Shown here: positions 10,243 through 20,873 of the stretch, piece after piece | Numbering within the stretch: position 1 is the stretch's first letter | How the letters are laid out: each line of letters starts with the position of its first letter | From: Catajapyx aquilonaris | Lineage: Eukaryota | Assembly: GCA_000934665.2 (NCBI GenBank) | Contig: KZ538012.1 | Location: 124,001-162,250, forward strand | Reading direction: 5' to 3' | Length of the DNA: 38,250 nucleotides | Notes under the pieces: generated by a model | The model's input: the letters and a program-made list of their open reading frames with translations, nothing else | Databases searched by the model: none | What the model was told of the DNA's origin: nothing | Position numbers and translations under genes: made by a program

Positions 10243-10584
10243 CTGTCTTCAATAAGGTCTGGGGACAGACTACGTTTTTGCTGTTACTGTAGCTGTGGGG
10301 ACGTCTGTCCCCACAGTTCGAATTGCAGGGACATTTGTCGGTCCCCACAGAGTTTTCATGCAGGATGTGTACTATTACAGTGGGGACATGTCGAAATTAG
10401 TGGGGACATGTCCCCACTATTTCCATTTGTAGGGTTTCACAAAAGTCTATATTTCTCAGCCTAGGTTAGTTAGGGTAGGGTAGGGTAAGGTAGGGTAGGG
10501 TAGGTTAGGTTTGGGTAGGTTAGGTTAGTTTACAGTAGCTTCGAAAAGTTGAATTTTCACGTCCCCACGCCTTAGTGAAGACAG
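10243..10584. mobile_element. MITE with ~24-bp inverted repeats, internal GGGGAC/GTCCCC motifs and (GGGTA/GGTTA)n tract
   Basis: CTGTCTTCAATAAGGTCTGGGGAC (10243-10266) vs GTCCCCACGCCTTAGTGAAGACAG (10561-10584); microsatellite 10462-10529; short (TG)n at right flank. Confidence 0.75.
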
Positions 10585-12392
10585 GTCGTGTCGAATGTGT
10601 GTGTGTGTTAAGTGCAATTAATTCAGATCATTCATGTATTTCTACAGTGAAAACATTGCAAATAATATTTTGGACCTTCATGACTCGTAACTTGCAAACT
10701 GATGCCATTATTGAACTGGCACATTGGACGTTATGTCCCTTCACCAAAACTTCGCCTACAACACACATCACAAATGAAGAAAGCAAAGTATCTGTTGCAG
10801 GATTGATTTTGTTGTGTATGGCAATAATTTTAAATGCATCATTCCATGTCAGTTCAGCCAGGTTTTGACCCTTGATGTGTGGATCAATCTCTTGATGCAG
10901 ACACCTCCCTCCAGTGAGCATTAGATATCTAATAGCTAGTGGTATAGTTGCTGACGGATGTATTTATCACATAAAGCAGAACTTGACATCAAGAAGTATT
11001 GCCAATAAAAATGCAAGGTGTTCCTTAATGATACCTACAAGAATATGATTACACTCCTACAGGCAAGAGGTTCACCTCATGGGGTGTCATTACATCTATA
11101 CTGCCTTCTCATTGAGATAGTTAGCTTAAAATAGAGGCTTGTAACTCTAAATAGTACATTATTATGCCAATTGAATCTGCATGACGTATATCTGACTGAG
11201 AAGATGTACGCGTATGTCAATTGAGTCTCTAAGAACTTTCTTAAAACTTCCAAAATAAATGATAAGCTATACCATACTGTTCAGGAACATTCCAGAGAAG
11301 GTCATTTTGTAAGATCCACTGCATTTAAGATCAATCCAGATTGTATGAGGATTATCCACAAAATCTTAACTTCTCAGAATGAATTTGAAGAATCAGTTGT
11401 TCAGAACATTTAAGTTTTCACTTGATGAGTTTCTATTTGTCCAACCTAACAGCATCTGAAACTTTCCAGTTTCCTATGTTTATCGAAAATGGCTTGTGAT
11501 AGGCCCTCTTCCAGTTGGCCTGCTGAACAGTTTCGGAAGTGGAAGGCCAATTACTGCTCTGAGAATAATCATGCTCTTCAGTGTCTTTCAAGTTTCCTCG
11601 ATTCTTTTATTAAAATTCATACAAAGCTAACAATATCACGTAATGCCCACATGGAATTTACATGCTTGAACATTAAAAATACATTATCAACATGATTAAA
11701 ACACATATCACATATATGCACCACTCCCAATTTCCTCCCTTCATCCGCCTCTGCTGGTACAGGAGATCTCAAGGTTTTCACATCATCACATGGCAGCACT
11801 AATGATAAGCATTGGCCCTGTTCATAGTACTTACTGTGATAGGAGAGGAAAGTGCATGAAAATCAGTACCTCCCTCCACCCATCCTCGTATGTCTTCCAG
11901 ACCTGGACAGGGCCTCTGCTTAAATTCAATGCTTCAAAACAATAGTATTGGTATGGTACATCTTTTTCACCCCTAGCAAACTTGAGCTTATATTTGTGTC
12001 TGCAACTAGAACTTCAGCAGAATAAGGGCTGGTTATGCCAGCATGACAACATAGTTTGCTAGAGCTCAAAACTGCTTGTATTCAGTTGTTCCATGATTCA
12101 AAGTGTTATTTTTATACTACCAATACACATTTTTGGCACAGTATATTTTAAACCTCACTGATTAAATAGATGCACTAAAACCCTCAAAAAATGTCATATC
12201 CATGAAGGTGACACTGGTTAAATGATATTTGACACTTAATACTATCCAGAACATAAAGTTTTGCATGATTCAAGTGGAACTCCATGAATGCTCTTCATAC
12301 ACATTACAAAACAGGGGGATCTAACAAAGGGGATAAATGGAACAATGAAACCTGTGCATAACAGATCATGGATAGCAGAAACTTGCCCATTA

Positions 12393-12591
12393 TGGTTGGC
12401 ACTGTGGTGCAGTGGTTAGCATAACAGCCTTCCACCTCTGGGGTCCTGAGTATGATCCCCGAGTCAGGCAGAGGATTTTCACATGTGGAAGTAATTTTGA
12501 ACGGTTTTCTCTCTCATATTGGAATTTAAAAGAGGATCCCTGTAAAGGCCAGAGGCCCTATCATATGATAAACATCATCATCACCACCATC
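12393..12591 (+). mobile_element. tRNA-derived SINE with (CAT)n tail and 14-bp TSD
   Basis: A-box-like TGGTGCAGTGG, degenerate B-box GAGTATGATCC; perfect direct repeat AAACTTGCCCATTA at 12379-12392 and 12592-12605. Confidence 0.9.
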
Positions 12592-13750
12592 AAACTTGCC
12601 CATTAAGGAACTTTGGCTTGTCTTTTATTTTTGGGGGGGTCCTCTGCAGGATTTTCAATGTATTTGGCGAATGTAACATAAACTTGTTCAGTACCAAAAA
12701 TTTTTATGTAATGGAGCAAATCTGCAATGGACAGGTTTCACTGTATTATCTCGTGCAAGTTAATGCAGAACATGACATTTCCTGCACAAAAACCACTTAC
12801 TTTGTGTACTATTTTTAAATATCAGGTACGTTCATTTCTCATGGCCCTTTGCCTCACCTTTCCAACCCGCATATACTGGATGTCCTTATTTTCACTTGAT
12901 ATCCGTGGCAGTGAAAATCCTGCATACTCTCATGACTCAAGTTGGCTTTTCTGCACCAGGGTCACGCAGACTGCATGCATGCCTTTCTTGCAGGATACCA
13001 ATGTGACATGGGAATGGAATTAACATTGATCATGACCTGAATAAAGGAATCGCCCTAACTGCTCATTACATGGAAGTCACTGACCACCCAGTGTATGCAT
13101 GTTTTATAAGTAATGCAAAGATGCCAAACTTCTATGTTAATGCAGTCAATATTTCATAAAATTGTTCCCACCTCCAGGCCATGGAAAAAATCACGGTGTC
13201 AGGTGGCCTGTAGCAGGCCATGTAAGACTTCAATCATTTTAGGGAGCAAAGAAGAGTGCTGTACTATTCCCCCATCTAAAGCTACAAGGCTGAACCATAA
13301 GCTGAAGTTAACCCACCCCACTCCCTCTAACTGCCACATATTGCTGAGCAGGCACAGAGTATCCAGTAAAGTGAGAAATTGATTGTTTTGAGCAACCTGT
13401 CATAGTCTCTGCTCCTGCTCACTTTGCTCCCTAGATGTCCTGACTTGACTTTAAGAACATGATCAAGGCACCTGTTTTACTCCATGGGGATGAGGTATAA
13501 TCTCGCACCGTTATCTCCTATTTGGAAGTATGCTGCTAAACCTTTTGTGACATTATTCATTCTTTTAGAAGTATATTGCACAGACCAGAGGCTTTAGGCA
13601 GGCTGCCTACATGTCACCAACAGGGTGACTAGAAATTGTATTTTTTGTTCTATGATGAGGCGCCTGTAGTTTTGCTAGTCAAATTATATCCTGTCACCAG
13701 ACACAGAACCAGTGGGATATGGTTTTGTAGTTACCACATTAAAAATTGTA

Positions 13751-14482
13751 CAAGGGCCATACCATATTGATGTATAATTTATTTTCTTGCCACAAATACA
13801 GGGTCCTTACAGGTCAGCAGACAGGCACACATTATAGATGGAATCCTCCTGGAGACAAATGCACTGGTGCCATGGTTGTAGAAGCCTCTCCAAGCCCTGC
13901 AGGAACCACATTTCAGAGGTGCAGTGCACCCCCTCCCTGACAACTGCTCTCAGTACAATAATGTCCTCAAAATGGCCTCAGTGAAGGGATTATTCCATGT
14001 TTTGGGACACGAAGGGCATCATTCTCATCGACTAGCTGGAACCCCAAGTGCTACCAACAATAGCCCCACATACGTGGCAACCCTTCGTAGCTTGAAGCAT
14101 GACAATGCGCGGCCCCATACGAGCTGGGAAAAGATGCCCCCCCATCGCAGTGGTTTGGTTCCAGGTGCTTCCACACCCACCATACTCCCCAACCTGGCCC
14201 TCAGTGACTTTCACTTGTTAAAAGCCATAAAAAAACCATGTGCAGATGCCACTTCGAGGACATTGTAGAACTGCGAGCAGTCGTCACTCTTGTCAGGGAA
14301 TGGGTGCACTGCACCTCCAAAATGTGGTTCTTGCAGGGCCTGGAGAGGCTTCTACAACCATGGCACCAGTGCATTCATCTCCAGGAGGATTCCATCGATA
14401 ACATGTGCCTATATGCAGACCTGTAAGGGCCCTCCATTTGCGGCAAGGAAATAAATAGTAAATTAATATGGTATGAGCCTTG
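13751..14482. mobile_element. Mariner-derived foldback element (two inverted 3' ends)
   Basis: TA at 13749-50 and 14483-84; ~230-bp inverted arms; plus strand encodes decayed HDNARPH...PNLALSDFHLL and ...WFLQGLERLLQPWHQCI (mariner DD34D C-terminal motifs). Confidence 0.9.
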
Positions 14483-14692
14483 TACAATTCCATGCATGTG
14501 GTACTACGCAACCTTATCCCACTGGTTCTCATGAAGAAAGTTGTAGTTCCGAGTAAGACTGTTCGTAAGCATAGGCATGTGTTTCAGTGAAAGACAAAAT
14601 GAAAGAAAGAGTTGATAAGTATAATAAAAAGACAAAGAAAAGGTAAAAAGACTAAAAATGCATTAAGCCGTGATCAATAGCAAAAAACCTTG

Positions 14693-17041
14693 CTAATGGC
14701 TTAGCCTCTCATCTGAGACTTCATCAGAGCTTTCCCCGGAGTACTGGCTAATGTTCTCCTCAATGTACTGGCCTTGTTCTATCCCGTATGACAGTTTTCC
14801 TCCCTTGCAACATGCCCATGCCATTCTCTTCGAGTTAAAATAAAACCCAGGTACACCTGAATTCGACAATGCAATAGCCCCCCCTCGTCCCTCTACCCTT
14901 TCTTCCATGTATTTTATTGCATCTTCAACTGCTTGGCTTGGGTCCTTTCCTTTTGACATCTCTTCAGCGACTAACCGGGCCAGGCATACTCTCATGATAT
15001 CTTCGCCATTTCCAGTGGCAGACACTGCTCCCACTTCATCTTCACAATACCCTCCACTACCTGCAAGGGGCACAAAAATGCAGTCGTTTGCTTTTCAGGT
15101 GGGATGATCAAAGCTTTACCTATGATGGGGGTGTCTCCTACTCTACCAGCCAATTGGCCAGTCATCCCTCCAGTTGATGTAGCCGATGCCAAGTGCCCCA
15201 TTTTGTCCAAAGTAAGCACTCCCACGGTCCCTTGTTCCCAGACCTCCCTGAAATTAATCCAGCTTTATGTTACAGAACTTTGCCACAGTAGTTAACACTT
15301 TGATCCATGTGGAAATAAAGTTACAAATTCATGGAGGTAAATATCAACATCAATAAAATGCAGAAAATTACTGTGATTTCCATATGAATTCAGAATCAAT
15401 AACAGTACCTCAGTAGAGGAAACAGCAAAAGTTAGGCAAGCAATATCAGAAAATATCATGACAACAAGAAGCAATGTTCATCCTCTATGGAGTATGGATT
15501 ATTGGTTCCAGAATGATGCCATAATAAGCAGGCTTTTTACAAAATAAAATACCCACTTTTTTGGTACAGAAAGTCATGATTCTAGCTCCTGCAGAAGTCT
15601 TTCTCTCCTGTATACACAGGAACAATTTGCTAATTTCATCGCAGGCCTGTGATACATATTATAATATAATATATTATTACCTATTATTTTCTCGAGAACC
15701 ATGACGAAGGCCTCAAACTTAACATACTGAACCTTGTGTCAGTCACAACTAGTGTCACCAAATATGACTGATGTAACGCAAACACATCACTAATTGTTGA
15801 GGTCACAATTCTTATTGGGCATGTGACCGATGAAATAGTATAAAAATTTATTTTTGCATTTTAGAGGAAAACTCATTCCAGCGACGCATTCTCCTGGTGT
15901 TTCTATTTCTTTTGATGTATATGTTCATTGGGTTCTGATCACTTCCACTAACAGAAAAAAATTCTGCCAAAAAGGCCGAATTTTCAGTCATTTCCAGATT
16001 TTTGCGATTTTTTTCCTCGTCATGGTATTGCGCAATATGGCGTAAATTTTATAAGCAGCATAAACGAATAGTTGAGTACATCTGCGATTATTTTTACCAA
16101 GATCCGAGACGGTCTAGCAACATTTCGGCCCACTTGATTCGGAAAGACCCCTAGTAAATCGTTCAAAGTTTTAAAATGATATATCTCAAAAACTGTGGGT
16201 GATAGAACATTTTGCGAATTTTCCCCGAAATCAGCATTTAAAAATACATAAGAAACACCGTTCACTTGGAAGAAAAAAATTTCATCACAGGCCTGTGTTA
16301 TTGTTGTTGTTGTTGTTGTTGTTGTTAATGGAAGGCATCCCCCCACCCTAATGTTCCAACCTCATGGACAAACATGTTCCTCTTCCTAAAATTTTATGAG
16401 GAAAAAACCTCTGGTATATGTTATGAGATACACCAAAAATGTGACTCCCACAAAACACTCACCCAATTTCCGACGTTCCTATTCCTTGAGTCTTAAAGAC
16501 ATGCAGGGCCTCTAGAGCATATGGGGTGATGAGACATTCCTCGGGGATCTGTTGCACACCCATACATCGGGCAAACTCACATGCACCAGACCCGGACAAA
16601 ATAACGTGTGGTGTCTTCTCCATCACCATCCTAGCAAGGGTAATAGGATGTGCGACATTCCTAACAGCAGCGACAGCTCCAGCTTTCATGGTGGCTCCTT
16701 CTATGATAAGAGCATCCATTTCAACATGCCCATCCAGGGTTAACACCGAGCCAAACCCTGGGAGGAAAGCGAATCAAGAATTACTTAGGATCACATCTAG
16801 AGTACCATGTTCCAGAACATTTAGAAAAAAGCAAAGTACACATTAATTTGAAGGGATTATGAGTTTGGTGCATGAGGATTGATATTTAATATGAGCCATA
16901 CAAGCAGTAGCCTATAGTACAAAATAATTTTAAGCCTCCCTATTTACTCACACCATACAGAGTACTGCTCTCCCTTACCTTCAGCATGGCATGATGGCAT
17001 AAATAAGGTCCAAGCTATTATGGATGATAATGCTGATGTTT

Positions 17042-17073
<32 letters not shown>

Positions 17074-20000
17074 GACATCAGTGATGACACAACTTATGCA
17101 AGACAAAGCTACTCACAAGTGTAGCCTAAATACAAAATATACTCATATAGGTGATATAATTCAATATAAGCCCCAAACAACCAGACTCTTGACAAACACT
17201 AGCCTAGCACAAGATGTGATCATGTCCTATGGCTCAAATCACTATAAGATGCTATAATGGTTATTCAGATGAAAACAAGCCACTGTTATGTAGCAAATTT
17301 CTAGATGGGTTTCTCGTGTGGCAACTTCTACAGATCTACACAAAACACACGTGGTACTGATGTGGTATTATAACACACAGGCAGTTGGACATTCGATCAC
17401 TCAATACAGTCACTGTGGCAGTGTGAATGAATACCATGTACGAAAACTGTATGTCTTTGTCACATGTTAGAGGCTGGAATAAGCAGTTCCAAGAGGGGCG
17501 GTCGTCGATAACTGGTGATTCCAGGCTAGGGCACACAAACCGCTTACTCCAGGCTCTCACACATGATAAAGACATAGTTTTCACACACAGTACTCTTACA
17601 TCGATGGATTTCTGTACTCCCAACACCCTTCTGAGGCTCAAAAATGGATTACCGCTCACTGCTCAACATTCGTTGCTTCCATATCTGACTGGACGGTTTT
17701 TGGCAGGGTGAACAAGGGCCCCTGTGTTGAGTGTCGATTCAGCATAAACTTGTTTATTGTAGAACTTTCCTTTAGTCTTGGAAAATGATTTTCAATGTAT
17801 ATTCAATGCATCAGGACCTAACAAATATGTTACTGGCTCTTTGATGCATATAATGAAAACTTGTTCAGGATGAAAAATTGGTCGAATGAGCATCTCCATG
17901 ATAGGCAGGTCTCAGTGTAATAAACATGTAATAATGCATACCTTGCACTACACCTCTCTGGGATCTACTAGTGACAGCAAAACCTCCATATAACGCTCTT
18001 CAAGGGACGACCCATAAGTAGCATTATAAGTGGGAATTCGTTATATGCAGCAATATGGGGAGGTGTGGTGGCCGAGATGGTAACGTCTCGGCTTCCTGAG
18101 TGGAAGGTCCCAGGTTCGATCCCCGCCTGGGAGTTCCCTTCCACTTGCGTCAGGAGGGTCTCTGACCTGCACCTTGGAGGTGTCTGGCAACCTAACCTCC
18201 TGAGGGACTGCACATGGCCCAAAGGTTTCAGACACCTGCACAAGTGTCCCCTCCCCAACAATCCCTATCCTTTCCCAATGTCCTTGTTTCCTTGCACCGG
18301 AGAAAGAAGCTGAAAAAATATATAGAAAACTGATGGTGGTGTGCCACTCCCTTATAGATCCCATAAGGGACATCACAGGGTAAACAAAATAAAATATAAA
18401 TAAATAAAATAAATATGCGGCAATACGATTTAATTCACCCTTTTCTCAGGAAATGACTGACTTCACTGTTGCTATGCATACGAATGCTTATAAACCACGT
18501 TAACCTGAACTGACCTGCCCAAGTACCATGTACACTCGGAAAATATCCCCCGAAGCACCAAAAACCTTTAATGACTAACCACCATAGTTCACAAAAGCCA
18601 CCTCTCCGCAACATTCACATGTTTAACAACGGTTCAAGCACTTCAGGGAGTGCCGAAACCAACAAGAGAGGACTGAATATATCAATAGACCTTGGCACAA
18701 GGCACACAAAACACAAAAGAAGTGTTAGTGATTAGATTGTTGTTATTTTCAAATGTAACTTTCACACAGGTGTTAATGTGAAACGGTGTAAAATGAAGCA
18801 GCATAAAATGGGTACTTCCTGTACTGTCACGTGTCGGATATCCAACCTTTGCTTACCTGACCCCGTGTCATTTGACAAATGTGCTATTTACAGTCTTCTA
18901 CTATGTAAGCATATCGTCGGAAATAAGGAGAAAGGGCGAATAAACCATTTTTGAAATTTTACAGGAGAGGTAAAAATTGGTTGAAAAGACGAGGACCAGT
19001 CAAAACAAATGAGACTGATTTTTTATGCAACAAAGAGAACTATTTGATGACTTGTGGTGAATGGCATCATGTCCAGTATGGATTGAAGTATTAGAAGACC
19101 AATTCTTGTTCAAATATTCCTCGATCTCAGGCGATGGTGACACCGGAAGTAGACCTAGGTTCACATATGTCTCCGCACTGCTAGGTGGTCAGTGGTGAGA
19201 CCCAATATTCAGTGTTGAGGTTTGAGGGCTGTGGGGGGAAAACATGATAACTGACAAAATAGTAATTTTTCAGGAGAGCGAATTGAAGTTTGAATTTTCT
19301 TAACAAATCATAGGGAATGCTGGCTTTGATCTAGTCCGTGTGGCTGTCTCATGCATGATACATGAACTTGGAGTATACCAAATTGTTTGTCATGTCTTAT
19401 ACATAGTTGCTAGGTGTTTAGGTAAAAAAATGACAAAAATGTCAGTTATCATGTTTTTCCCCCACAGCCCTCGTTTTGCTTCAGTTTGGATAAAACAACC
19501 TCACATCAGAGGTGTACGGCAGATACCATGTGAGACCACAAGACGTTGCAACTCCTTGCAGAGCTCCACCCGCATCTGCCTCTCCTCTGGAGTAAACACT
19601 CTGGGGGACCATCGCATCGGGTGCAAGAGCATCGCATGTGCAAATGGTCAATACAAAATCGTGTGGGCACTACCACTGGATGTACCACACATTCTGGCAA
19701 GGTCACCGACGGTTATGCAGTGATCTGTCCTGATAATCACTGCATAGGTGGTGTTAATGATCTCTGTCAAAACTCTGATGGGAGTCTGCGAACCTGGCTC
19801 TTTGAAAGCTGACTACGCACCCTTGCTGAATGCCTTGCACCGTCGGAATGCTGTGGGACACATCTTCACCATATCTTAGCATGTCATACGCCTCCGTCAC
19901 TGTTGTCTTCAAATGGCAGCGAAACCTCGACGCCGAGGCAGAGCGGAGGTGAACATGAACCTAGATCTACTTCAGGTGTCACTGTCACCTGGGATCTTGG

Positions 20001-20873
20001 AATATTCGGACAAGAATTTGTCTTCTAATACTTCAATCTAATCTGGACACGATGCCATTCACCGCAAGTCTTGAACTAATTCTCTTAGTCACATAAAAAA
20101 TCAGTCTCAATTTGTTTTGATTGGTCCTCGCATCCTCACAAATCACAGCATCACTGTTCCACCTACACATTAATTTGTCCTTTCACCAAAATCTGCAGTG
20201 GGTGATTTCACCTTAAAATATGCATTTCAGACATTTTCGGAAAAATGGTGTATTCGCCCTTCTCCTTAATGCGGACAATATGTTCTTTCTACATGTACTC
20301 CTGTTGCTCCTTGCCTATCAGCATGTCATATACTGCAGTGGACGTGGAAGTACCGTACTTGACGGCATATAAGATGCACTTTTCCCCCAAAAGTTGCTCA
20401 AAAAATCACACTGCATCTTATATGCGAAAATACACAACACTTTTTCCTGAATTGATCGGCTGAATTGGGAGTGCGTCTTATATGCGGTCAAATACGGGCA
20501 TGCTGGTGATTTAGACGAGAGTATATCCATTACTAATCACTACAGTTTTGAAATGAAATTAATAAGCTTTAATATACAAGGAGACATAAGTGTAATAAGC
20601 CCACAACGTGCTGAACTGCATACTCTATTGCCTGCATCCTCTTCCTCATAGTCACCCTCTGGCATTGAGCAAGAACTAACCTGCATTGAAGGCAGGGTCA
20701 TTTTCCAAAGCGCATGTTGCAAGTTCTGCTGCATCTAGGCAGGCACCACCAGCTACCAGCAAATGGTATCCTTCCAACGCAGCCTTCTTCACACCATCCA
20801 ACTTTGCCTTAACTCGTGACTGGGGAATGTCGCCTGCCCCACCATGGACAAGGACTACTGGATCCATGATCAT
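14693..20873 (-). CDS. ASRGL1: Isoaspartyl peptidase / L-asparaginase (Ntn-hydrolase, asparaginase-2 family), 327 aa; exons 20873-20681, 16757-16463, 15247-15120, 15060-14693
   Basis: Motifs [30 protein letters not shown] nucleophile, ATSTGG, GRVGDTP, SATGNGE, GGAIA. All introns GT-AG with matching phases (1,2,1); 193+295+128+368=984 nt. The Gly-Thr cleavage junction fits ASRGL1 rather than AGA/taspase (Asp-Thr). Confidence 0.95.
15820..16296. mobile_element. Probable decayed DNA-transposon fragment in an ASRGL1 intron
   Basis: CpG-richer than flanks; ends in AATTTCATCACAGGCCTGTG, also present as AATTTCATCGCAGGCCTGTG at ~15632-15651; family not determined. Confidence 0.4.
16300..16326. repeat. 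(GTT)n microsatellite
   Basis: Directly visible. Confidence 0.9.
17042..17073. repeat. (CAT)n microsatellite
   Basis: Directly visible. Confidence 0.9.
17427..17545 (+). mobile_element. Mariner transposase N-terminal (HTH) fragment
   Basis: [32 protein letters not shown] matches the mariner Y-G-x-x-C-M-S...W...F-x-E-G-R-x-S-x-x-D-x-x-R-x-G-R-P pattern. Confidence 0.75.
18056..18412 (+). mobile_element. tRNA-derived SINE with 13-bp TSD
   Basis: A-box TGGCCGAGATGG, B-box GGTTCGATCCC, A-rich tail; ATATGCAGCAATA (18043-18055) and ATATGCGGCAATA (18413-18425). Confidence 0.9.
18640..18821. mobile_element. Right half of the same pogo/Tigger-type MITE family as 34035-34543
   Basis: Shares GAGTGCCGA(A/G)ACCAACAA, GTTAATGTGAAAC and the terminus TAAAA(T/C)GGGTACTT(C/A)CTG|TA with the 34-kb copy. 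Confidence 0.7.
18926..20266 (-). mobile_element. Long-inverted-repeat mariner-derived element with N-terminal transposase remnant
   Basis: TA|AGGAGAAAGGGCGAATAAACCATTTTT ... AAAAATGGTGTATTCGCCCTTCTCCT|TA; arms extend ~250 bp. Minus strand ~19900-19520 reads, with frameshifts, TEAYDML...YGED...[49 protein letters not shown] (WVPxxL-equivalent). Confidence 0.85.
19224..19472. mobile_element. Nested MITE with ~33-bp TIRs and 4-bp TSD (Sola2-like), 249 bp
   Basis: GAGGGCTGTGGGGGGAAAACATGATAACTGACA and TGTCAGTTATCATGTTTTTCCCCCACAGCCCTC; GTTT duplicated at 19220-19223 and 19473-19476. Confidence 0.9.
20353..20497. mobile_element. Small pogo/Tc2-type MITE
   Basis: TA|CCGTACTTGACGGCATATAAGATGCAC vs GTGCGTCTTATATGCGGTCAAATACGG; internal partial repeat TGCATCTTATATGCG. 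Confidence 0.75.

Noticed and set aside
10462..10529. Interstitial telomere
   Set aside because: Short, degenerate and enclosed within MITE inverted repeats.
10575..11120. Plus-strand frame interrupted by three successive TGA codons (selenoprotein or readthrough idea)
   Set aside because: No resemblance to known selenoproteins, no redox motif, no SECIS recognised; compatible with chance.
11423..11460. C/D box snoRNA candidates (TGATGA...CTGA here and elsewhere)
   Set aside because: Box spacing too short, no terminal stem or recognisable rRNA-complementary guide.
18056..18135. tRNA genes (also at 1, ~3720-3795, 12393, ~37790-37865)
   Set aside because: A/B boxes run into long non-tRNA bodies with simple-repeat tails and, in three cases, TSDs; these are SINE heads.
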